This document shows positions 44,601 to 56,600 of a DNA stretch of 64,000 nucleotides, piece after piece. Both the position numbers and the translations under genes were made by a program. The stretch spans positions 124,001 to 188,000 of the forward strand of contig JAKMXF010000255.1 of NCBI GenBank assembly GCA_024704765.1, written 5' to 3'. Each line of letters opens with the position of its first letter. Positions within the stretch are counted from its first letter, which is position 1. This stretch comes from Oopsacas minuta. Taxonomy: Eukaryota; Animalia; Porifera. The notes beneath the pieces were generated by a model, which saw only the letters and a list, made by a program, of their open reading frames with translations, was not told the origin of the DNA and ran no database searches.

Positions 44601-47600
44601 GAACATCGGGATGATGGAGAATGTCATGTATAAGATATGAGAGTAGTAGAGAAATGTAGTTAAGCATGTTAATAAGATAAAAAGATTGTAAACTGAAGCT
44701 ATTCCGTTCTGTGCTTGTATTCAAGAGAAATGAGTCACTAGAGTATAAGCCTTCTTCATTAAGACAGCAAATTAAATCTATTCTAGCTGTAGGATCTTCT
44801 CCCAACTTCTTTAGTGTTAGTGATCCTGGCAGATAAACTATGCTATGTGGATCAAATATGAGTGTATTGTAGAAGCATGTATCTTCAGGAGAAGTTAAAA
44901 AGTACTCAATAAAGTAGAAAATAGATTTCTGTAAGCAAGATGGATGAGTTAGGAAATTACGTATTGGGATAAAATTCTGATTGTGTACTTTGGTAGTAGA
45001 GTTAGCGAAGCATCTGATAAACTTCTGTTTAGACTGGCATAGATGAGGGAAGGATCGGGCTATTTCCTCGTCAAGTATTATACTTTTGTTTTCACAGTAG
45101 AACTGTACAAATACTGCATACCATAAGGTCATTATTACTTGGTTGCCTGAATGCGAACACTCTCTAACAAGAAAGTTTCGTAAATCATTGAGTTTGCTGA
45201 TAGATGGATTTTCCGATATTTTAGTTGACACAGCCATTGATCTAGATGTTATATCTTTCAGTATTTTAGATATACTCTTGTAGGAATCTGTTATCCAAGG
45301 GTAACCAGTATCTTGATTCAAATAATTAACCATCTTAGATTCAAAATCCTTCAACCAACCATGGATAGGTCGTTGTAGCAGATCCTTAAGACATTCCGTA
45401 CAATCTTCACTGTTTGAATAGTTAATGTAAATCCATGAGAGCAATACCCACGAGTGTCCACCCTTCTTACCGCCGCCAGAATCAGCGTTTAATAACTCTT
45501 TATGGAAAGCCTTGATGACATCAGGGAAGTTTTGTTGATACTGCTCTAACCCTGCAGGATTCAAAAGCTGATTTAAATTATAGAAACTAGCAAATTTCTT
45601 CAGAATCACTTGGAAGAGAGCTTGCTTCTCTATTTGAGCTATCACCTCTAAATCTGCTATGCCCCCCTCTATAGCGAAGTTTTCATGTTGTCGCATCATG
45701 TGTTCAAACCCATGCCCATGCATTACACGCTCTATCTCATTCATACACACAGAGAAGTAGAGATGAGACATATCAGATCGCATATGGGAAGCTACGTTCT
45801 TGTGAGCCTGTTCGATGAAATAGTTCTTAGAGCTGTAGTAGTAAGGAGGAATAAAGGCGTCTAATGATTGGGTTAGATGGGTCGGCGCTGTGTCAATATT
45901 CTTATTAGGAGGGAAGTATGAGGATTCAATTAGAAGGATGGGCACACTAGTTGAATCATCTCGCATCAGGGGACCTTCCAGGATAGAATAACCGACTTGT
46001 TGTTTCAAGAAGGAATTGAATGGGAGAACAGATTGTTCGTTATCATTTGTCTCAAACGGCAGAGAATGTAGTAATCGTACTAATAAGTGCTCTAAGTGCT
46101 GGAATGAGAGAATATGATAGAATTCTCCAGTGGGAGGACCAAAAACATCCAAAATAAATTTGCAAAGATAGTTACAATCGTCTGCAGATAACGGTGAACA
46201 CACATCAATGTAATGATCCATGAATTTGCTCACAAATTCATGATGCACAGTTCTACCAGTTGTACCTGTGATAAAACTCTGCAGATGAGACATAAAGCTG
46301 GGGAGATCACTACCTTCTTTGAGAGGAAGATTCTTATACTCCTTCAATAGAGTTATAGCATTCGGTACGAAACTCCAATTAAGTCTATCACAGGAATTGT
46401 TTAAATAAATAAAATGTAGTTTAAGATAAAGTGCTTTACAGGGTGGAGTTAAATGATCAACACATATATTCTTCTGAGACGATAAACACTCATAATTCAG
46501 TGTCCATTCCTTCCACTTTTGAATGTCATCACCACAAGTAGATAGTAGCTTATGAAAGGTACTTAAGATATACGCAGAGAAATCTGCATGAGCAGATTCA
46601 ATTGTAATATTGAGGTCTACGTCTATTGTTTTCTGTAGATTTAACACGAGGTATAGCTGCCGGCTAGAATCAGGTGGATTGAAGTAGTTCTCCACATGGA
46701 ATGACGTCACACGTTCTATTACAGTCTGGCCTTCTAGATTAAACTTGTTTCCCCAAAGACGGGCAAATTCAGCAAGGAATTTAGCCATATCAGCGTGTAG
46801 CTCCAGCCGGGAGATGATATAATCAGTTTTGTAACGAACCCAAGATTCATCATCATGAAAAGCTTCCAGTGCAATGCTAACAATTGGATATTTTACTTCA
46901 TGGTACATACCAGTAGTTTCTATTTTGTTCAATTTAGAAATAAGACAATGTTTGACTCTGTCTTGTAGAGGACTATCTATTTCCTGTTTCTTTTCAGGAA
47001 TAGCACCACGGGGAGTATCTAAGGTACTAGGAGCAATTTCTAGCAGTGACATTTCAATCAATTCCTCCATCAATTCTGAGATATACTTAGAGAAAGGGAA
47101 CTCTCTGCTCCAACAAGGGATAGATACTTTCATGTCTTTATTACGGTTAACCAATTGTAAATCCTCTAATGATGGGAGATTATTATAGTCAATTAGAATA
47201 CGTTCAAACAGCTGACAATTCTGCTTATTTATATCAGGGATAATCATATTATTGTCCCCCTCTGTCTCTGGATATGCATGTTCAAATGAATATTTAACCG
47301 CTGGAGTATCTACATCATCTTGATTGTCGTCGTCAACAGCCTGAGCTATCAAGTTAGTTTCCTGGAATAAAGTATCCAAGTTAAGATCATCATTAATCCT
47401 ATATATCATCTCTATAATGTATTGTGAGAATAAATAACGAATGTTTGTCTGTACATAGTCACTGATGTTCAAGTTAGAACCTCGCGAAATAACAGCTGAT
47501 GAGGCTATCACTAATCTCTCTTGTATAGCTTTGGGTGTCCAGTAATGCACGAACTTTTCACAGAGAATAAAGTCTATATCCGTACACTCAAATATCTTCT

Positions 47601-50600
47601 TCAAATAATGATTACGTCGGGTTATACTAGTTGAATCTGAATTAATTGTAAGTCGTGAGTCGATTTTCTTAGCTCGGAAACTTACAAAACTTGTAATTTC
47701 AAACAGTATACTCCCTATGAGAGATTCTTTCAACTGTTTAACAAAATCGTGTTTCCAGTCGACATTAACCTCATCATTATCAATAGTAAGTTTAAGCCAT
47801 GTCTGAATATTGACGATATTACCTGGAGGAGATATACTTTCAATATAGTAATGATCCCAGCCTAATACAAAATGTGATGGGTAACGAGATGTATTTTGGT
47901 TTTCATCTCCAAGCGAAGAGTTGAATCCTTGTGAGTGGAAGATACCAGGTGAGTAGTGGAGGACTAAAACAAAGAATTTTCTAGATTTCTTACTGAGTCT
48001 CTCTTCCTGCTCAATCATATGACGTACAAAATTAATCTTACGAGTAGACACAAGCTGGACATTGACAATCAATACCATAACAGTAAGTTTATCAGAGTCA
48101 AGGAAACTCTTGAGTTCTCGCACAAAATGCTCTCGGGTAGGAAAATACCTCAAAGAGAAGAGACAAACTCTCTCAGCACGTTCAAAGATACAAGATCTGA
48201 TATTGTTAATAGTGTCTTTCTCATTCGTAGTAACATTACACACATGTTCACTAGGAAATAGGTCAGGAAGTTTATGAAGAAAAGAGTTCGTAGTAGTGAA
48301 GCAGATTAACTTGGTAGGTCTCAGCCTCAGGTCCCAATGGACCTCTTCAAGTAGTTGTATATGAGAAGCGATTAGATTCTTTAGAGAGAAATGGTTCTGG
48401 TAGTAAAGATAATGTTTCCTATAAGCGGGGTCTATAAAATTCTTGTTAATCGTAATAGTCTCTGGAATGGTAACCTTCAGCAACTGACAGCACACATAAC
48501 GTATAATAAACTGCAGTATCATGCTCGCTACTAAAAGCTCTCCAAAGTTTACCACCAACTTAGCATCAAATTTCCTTTTTCCTGTATCAATGAATTCAGC
48601 ATTGGGATCATCAACGGTGTATAGCAGCTCTATAGCATGAGGTACCCATTTCATAATACTACTGGGATCTGCTTTTATTAAATAATATTCCTTCACTGCA
48701 TCTGGTACCTGTGTTAGAGCGTATTCTAGGATATCAATAGCAATTGTGTTACGTTCATCCAGTGACAGGTGAATAATATGGAAGTGATACTTTTCGCGGA
48801 GATGGTCTATCAATAGATCTAGATAGATATAGGGCTCTGTGTTGAAAGCATCTGAGCAGCTCTCTTGCTTCGAGAGAGCTTGATGAATACGTATCCGTTC
48901 GTTAGGAATGACATCAGGCGGGTTATCTCGTGGGGGAGGAGGCAGTAGTTCTATCAGAAGAGAGTTTACAGTGTCTTGTATTTTACTATAGAAATTCTTA
49001 GGCGCTAGATTGGATAAGAATTGCTGAATCTACAAATAATAAAATTTATAAAATAAATAGTTGTGTCATGTATGAAATTTACAAATTGGAGTTTTTTGGG
49101 ACAACAAAAGATAAATGGAGTCTGGGGCAAAGTGCCTAACTTTCTCTCCCATCTAATCTCTCTATACAGACTAACTAGCACTTACCTTTTCAATAGCACA
49201 GTTAACCAACTTGTTCATAGATTTGGGTATAGCATCTAATGTAGCCTTCTTAATATCCTCTTGTGTTATGAGAAACTTCTCAAACCTATTCAGAAATGGA
49301 GCTGGAGCAGTAGCTATCTCAGATTTATGCATGTGTACTATGCATTGAAAATCTGGGTGTATTCTACACGGTTTAGTATGAGAACCTATAGCAATATTAG
49401 CGTAGTATCTTACTCCAGTTTTGACATCGTTAATTTCTTTATAATTTTGATTAAATACATCATAGAAACATTCAAATATATCTTCTCCATGACTCATGAT
49501 AACCGTCAGGCCTTGAGAAGCAGCATTCTGTATGGCAGAGACTAAATTAACTTTTTGCATCTCATCATCCTCTAAAAAGTCCGTACACACGAAATGTCTA
49601 GACCTACTATCTAGTATATTATGACGGAACAGCAGCCTGATTACTGTATCGTCTTCACTTGCGTCGATTATTAATTTGAAGCGAACTTCAACTAGTTTCC
49701 CACTGCCTTTCTTAAGAGGACGTACACTCTTATCTTTGAGACTGCAATGTAGCACATCGACTGTATTTCTTAGAAGATATTTTAATTCTGATTCCTCCTA
49801 AACAAGGGTAATAGAATAAAATCAGGATATAATAGCCAGTTAGTTATAATACGTACCTGGTCTGGTGCAAAGTGTGTGAGAATTTCCAGGAAAGCCTTGC
49901 TATCAATTCCTGAGAAGTTTCTCTCCAGAGCTCGTACTACCATCATTTCTGTTATGCCAGTGTGTATCGTAGAATGACGATTCAGATAATTAAGGAAGTG
50001 AATAAAGTCTCGCATACCGAAGAAATCAAAACGCTCAATCTCCCTTAATATAAAATATAATAATTTCCGATACCTCAAGAAAACAACCACGTAGTATATA
50101 ACTCACTGTAGACGTGTTTCTATCTTAACATAAGCATTACAAAATTGTTTTAGTTTGATTTGAAGTTCCTCCGTAACCTTAGATGTATTCTCGTCTTGGT
50201 AGAAGCAGCCTTTTGCAAGTTGCTCCAAATCATTCTAAAATTACAAGAATAATACAAGTGCTATGTAACTATATACAGTGAATGCCGGTTACAAGAACAT
50301 GCCGGAACATGTATTGCTACTCCCACGGGGGGTTCTTATAACAAGCATCTACCGTGTTAGAATACTTACAGGGTCATTCTGGTAGGGACGAAACACGTTA
50401 ATAGCTCTATTGCTCTTAGCTGCATCTAGAATGTGATTAGAGATAGCTACGAATGAAACTTTAGGAGCATCTAAGAAGTAGTGCAATACTTTAAGAGAAT
50501 CTTGCTGTTCTTCTGGGAGACCCGCTTCATCTAGAAACACCACACAGTTAACTGGGAGACCCGCGTCATCATTCGCCTCTTGTCGCTTCAGGGCTCGCTT

Positions 50601-53600
50601 GAACACGTTCTCTATCTCTTTTGAGGTAGATTTACGTGAACATTGGTAATACTGTGCGTCTAAAGATGGAAAATTTGATTGTTGGAAATAATAGCTTTTT
50701 GATTCTTTCGCTTTGTTAAGATTAGAAACAGTAAGATTGAATGAGAGTGTTTTTGATGTACCCGGTGGTCCTACAATAATCAGAGGTATCTTTGTAATTG
50801 TGCAGATAATTGTAGCGAATAAATTCTCCTTCAATCCTTGAGTTTTCGCAATGCCGTTAGGAATATCTGCTTTGTTAACGAACTGATCGACTTCATATTC
50901 AAATATACTTTCAAACTTCTCGAATCCATCAATATTAATAGCAGTCTTGAATTGCCGACGGAATTCATGATCAAGTCTCAGGTAGTACACTACGCCTACT
51001 GCTACAAGGATTATTCTACGACATAGCTTGTAATGGTCAATCCCAGTCTCCTTCATCTCTGAGGGAGGAATGTCTATTATAGACCCGATAAATTCTATAA
51101 GTGTGAATACACGTTTGATATCTCGTTGACTGACCGAACTTTTAGATCTTGATATTGTCTCACTCAATATCTTTTCTTCTCTTTCTTTGTCCTGTTTAGT
51201 TTTGCGTTCTCTTTTATCGAAAATATTCAATAATGTGTCTCGCGCGAAATCTCTCACCTTACTTTGCCCTGTGTGAATGAATGTACTCAATAATTTAAGA
51301 TCTTTAGGTGAGACCTGTGAAAATGAATAACATCTGTCCTGTTTAGACTCATACCTAGCAGCTGTTATAGCCATTAGAGTTGATATATACTCATTCTCCT
51401 GTACTTCATTGAGCGCACCAAAATTCCACTTCAACAGTTCCATCGTTGGGTGTAGTTGATTCACATGGTACCATCCCAGGACCCAATCCCTCTCTTTTGA
51501 TTGGTTATAAATAGGAGCAGACACAGACCTGTGTGGATTTGAAGCTGCTATAACGAATAAATTACTTGGTAGAGGGCTACCATCAATGCTATTATCAATT
51601 GTAATCTCTTTAAACAAACCAAGACATGAAGATGTATTAATCTCATCAATAAATACAGTTATAGTTGGTATATGCATGTTGGATGTTTGGAACTGATTAG
51701 AAATGTTCGTACAACGATTGTAAATATTCGTTGCACTACTGATAACCTCTTCAAAGTATAATTTAATATTTTCTTGAGTGATAGCAGAATGCATATTGTA
51801 TTTGTAAAAAGTCATAATAAACGGAGCTTTAAGTAATCGACAGAGAAAAGTAGATAAATAACTTGAATCATCAATCGTACATTTGTTGTGTAAAATTTTA
51901 TTGATCAACTTCTCAATAGAATTCCAGTCTAAATCAAGTAAATAGAATGCCGGCAAGCGCACTAGTTCTTCCAGAGACTTCATAACTCTGGCAAAAAATC
52001 GTTGTATCATTAACTCAAGTTTATCAGAATCCTTCAGTAAGTCAACCTTTGAAAATTCAGTACATGACAAGCCTACCTTCTCTACAATAGAGAACAACTC
52101 TCCTACATACTTCTCATCTTCATCTGCTAATATATCATTCAAACTCTCATGAAAAATACTCTTCCATCTCTCTATGTTAATTTCGTATGGGATTTTCCAT
52201 AGAAAAGCTAGAATTCGCATTAGCTCTGTTTTGCCTACTCCAGTCTCTCCTTCAATAATCACAGGTACTCCACACATTCTACGCTCATTGATATTAATCA
52301 TCTTCATAACAAAGTCTGACGTCAGGACATACCCTTCATTGTCAATTAAACTCAATCGTTTACCATCACCAGGTATTCTAATACCAAGAGCTCTAGCTAG
52401 ATAAGGATCAAGAGTATCTCTATCTCCCAGCTGTTCTCTCTGCGGGATAGACACTCCAATAGTGTCTAACGCAGTTGTGATAACAGGAGGCAACTTCTCA
52501 GGGTTCAAAGATAGGTAGAAGATAGAGTACGCACCACCTACGCTATCATATACAAGCTGATGGTGATCTAGTGACGACCATTCTCTACTAGAGATTAGAC
52601 TACAGAATGTAACATTAACTTCATTCAGCATTAATTCCATCAGAGTAGAACCTAGGTTTTTCAAACATACTTGCTTCGTCTTGCCATCAACTTCCATTAG
52701 AACAGTACTGCCTGTATTGAAATTGAATGGAGGCATTGTTTCCAAGATTAAACAGCGACGATACATATACTTAATATACAATTTTTGTAAGATCTTCTTT
52801 GACTGGACATCAGTCGCCATGTATTTATTCAGTAGGGTGTAGCATTCAGCGTCTGGTACAGTTGGTTTGTTACCAAACTTTACAGGGGAACCGCTTCCTT
52901 CTTGGTAAAGAGTGTTAATCCCAATTTGAGAATTTTTCCCTTTCCGACTTCTAAACTCTTCCATAGCTCGTAGATATTTACAAACTAGCTGTACTTCATG
53001 ATTAATTTGATAAGGTTTGTTCGCTTGGATTAATTTCTTCTTGCCAATAAACTTCAGAATTGGAACTAAATTAAGGAAGTTTTCAAGATAAGATTCTGGA
53101 ACTCTTGCCTGCGCTTTTGTATCCTCTAGGTTAGTCGCTTGGATCGGTACTTCAACGTATACCTGCCAGTTTAAACCTACAGGCATGTAGAAGCCTTTAC
53201 CTGATGCCTCATCATAAACATATCCTAGAATTAGAATGTAGAAAAAGAACCAACAAATCGATGACATTAATTCCTGAAATTTCTTATCCTTCTTATCACT
53301 GCTAGGACAAGCGATAGTAAAATTGAAATATAGAATATTTCCATGCTTCAAGTTATTAACATTAAATTGGGACTTTATCTTCTCAATTACGCTTGATAAA
53401 CTGAAGCCCTCGTGAATGGCAACCTGCACAACATCAATATCTTCTTTTTCACGAGCACAACGGATCTTATTCTTGATATAATGTGTCTTACCTACACCCT
53501 CCAAGCCATATACGAGGGTAACCTGACATATTTTCTTATTATTCAAGTAGGTAAGGCATTGGGAGCCACGATCTTCTATTTCACTCTCAATCCCGTAAGT

Positions 53601-56600
53601 ATGTATTCTAACCGTGGATAGCTCACCTAGTACAGAAGGTCCTGTCTCAATGTAATGTGTTTGAGCCATAATCTTCTGTTGACTCATATGCGTGACTATC
53701 TTCTCTTGCAGGTTAGTTGGAAGCAAATTAACTTTAATCAGAGAATAAATAAACTCTGGGAATTGTTCAGTTCTTTTGAGAAATAATTCTATTTCCTCAT
53801 CACCCATAGACGGTGTACAGTGTAAGATCTCTGTGTAATGAGGTATATGGAATGGTTTTTCGCTATAAAGACTGATGAGTAGAGACATAATCTCTAAGTC
53901 AGACACGTTATAATACTTATGTATGTTATGTAGACAAGGTTTTTCGACAATACTTTCACAAAATAGAGATTGTTCAGTACAAACGTAAGCTGTCAGTTCA
54001 GAGTTATTTCGCATCATATTTAACAGCTGTCCTAGATGCTCAGCTAAACTAAGGTTTGTATCTAGGGTAGCATAATTGGTAGACAACCAGTTAGCTAGTT
54101 TGGAATGTAACCCTTCAATACGGTTAAAGACGAAGGCTAACAGCTGAGCAGCTTCATCCCATTCCTCTATGTTTAGGTTTCTTATTATAGAAGAAACTCT
54201 TTGCATTGTAAAGTGAGATAATAGAGGGTAAGTCTTGTGACGTTCATCTATACCTTGTTTCCAATTATAGAACAATAGTTCGTAATTGTTAATCACCATT
54301 TTAAGTTCAGAAATATCCTTGGTTAGAGGATAGACCTCTGTGCGCTTTACAAAATCAGGATGTCCATAGTAATGAAGCTGAGTTAAGATCTTTGATAGTT
54401 TTAGTATTTCAGAATAGAATGCTCCGAATTTATGTGTCTTTTCACGGAGAGAATCATTATTATCAAATTCTAAGAAACCAAGTTTTCTAACGAACTCATC
54501 AATCATATCTTGATTCATCAATTTATTGATTAGAGTATGATGTGATTTGAGAGAGTTGAAAGGAGAAATTGAACTTTGAGAAGTAACAGAACTCTGTCTA
54601 CGTTTCTTAGTTGACTGGCCATACTTGAGGACTATTGGATAGTTAAATGTATCTGTTACAGGAGCATCTTCTGATAAGGGAATACCCTTGCTGGGGTCTG
54701 CGAGGGAGAATGGAGATTCCATACCTTGATGGAGTGTCATTTCATTTATCTGTATTTCAAATGTTCCATTAAGCAATATATCTGTGAGTTGTTGTGAATC
54801 GTTCTGAGCTGCCTCACCTCTACTTATTATAAACCAGAGACGAATCTGTTGAATGTTCCTATTCACTGTTTCTAATTGCTCAAATCCAGATTCCTCTCCG
54901 TTTTTATACTCCTCTGAAGCGATTCGCTGCATCAGTTTAGGAAAACTAAGATCCTTAAAGCAGAAGGGGATAATAAAATTGTATGCTATTTGGAGATGAC
55001 TCAATATCTTGTCGTTATAATCTTGATTTTGTAAATCTCCAGTAATTATCTCAATTTCATCAAAGAACAGTTTTCGGCGTTCAGTCTTATAGTATTCATT
55101 TTCTGGATCAACAAGGAAATTATAGAATTCTTTTGCGCTTAACATCACTTCGAAAATTCGTAATCTACGCGGACTCGTACCAGATAAACATCTCCTCAGG
55201 TCATTCAGATACGTAGAGGCAGTTTCAATCGTCAGGACATCCACTAATTTATCATCTTGTAGTTTTTCTGAGTACTGGTTAATCTTCCTATATTCGTGAC
55301 TATCCGTAAAACGAGTTAATGAGTATGCATCACATACACGTTTGATAGCAGGCAGATGAGCTCTGTATTGAAGTAATTCAAACATGTCCATGAAGTTAAG
55401 ATCACGAGTCAAGCTGGAAAAGCGAGGGAACTTGCGGAATTGCGATTTTATTAAATCGACATTCAATACTTGAAGATCTAGTAATTCGAATATTGGTCTG
55501 ATATCTGCGAAAGTTGATTTTTCTTGAATTACATTTTCAAGCCAAATATATGTCTGAGTGACAGCACTAGCGAATGATTCAATTGAAAGACGAGCAGTTC
55601 CAGTTCTTTCTCTCTGACAAAAATATGACAAACTCGCCATGAATAAGTCATTTTTCTGAAGAAAGAAATGTGTGAAGAAATCCTCATATTGTTCTAGCGG
55701 TTTTAGAAATGCGAGAATCGAGTTTGTGAGTTCTCCATATTCATTAATCTTGATATCTGGCATTGGTTCTACACAACAGGGATATTCACTGTTCTCCATT
55801 TGAATTATTTTAAAGTTTTTATGGATCATAATTAAGGGAACTACTTCTACTCCAAAGTGCTCTAAAGAATCCTTCAATAGTTTCCATTGAGAAGGGGGAT
55901 AAGCCTTCTTAGGTAGCTGTAATATTAATTTCCTAGATAACGTGGTATTAACTTGGTTATAGAGAGTATTCAACTTGCCTAACTCTTCTTTCGTAAACAC
56001 TTCACCTAAACCTGCCATTTTGTATAGTTTACAGATAGCATCTTGGTTCTTAAGATACTCAAAGAGTAACGTAAAAGTAACGTTATTCTTCTGTATATCG
56101 TAAGCTGCAGATTGTAAATGCTCTCTCACTATTGAGAATTCTCTGTCCACGGTTTGTATGCTTGATACCTCTACATATGTTGAAGCTATTTGATGCGTAT
56201 TATTGTAAATTTCCAAGAGATAAACTATGAACAATGGCATGTTGTGTAGCTGTAGATGCTTAATCCCAGAAGTGTTCTTACAACAGGCTGCCATTATGAC
56301 CCAAGCATAACAGTACTTAGGAGTCAAATCCTGTATCTCATAAACAGTGAACCATTCCTGGATTGCATTAGTAGCTGCTTTGAATACTTTAGTGGTTGTG
56401 ATGAGGGGGATGGGAGACATTATCTCGTTGTGAATGGGAGTAGCAGCCTGGAGAGGAGAGCAAGTAAGTTGAACATAAGATAACTGAATCATAAAATGTG
56501 TTCAAGCAAACTCACGTCCATAATCATCATCATGAACCATTCCTGAAGGATTGTAGATTCTCCTCTTGTAGGTAGAGCACCCTAATAGTGAATAAATGAT

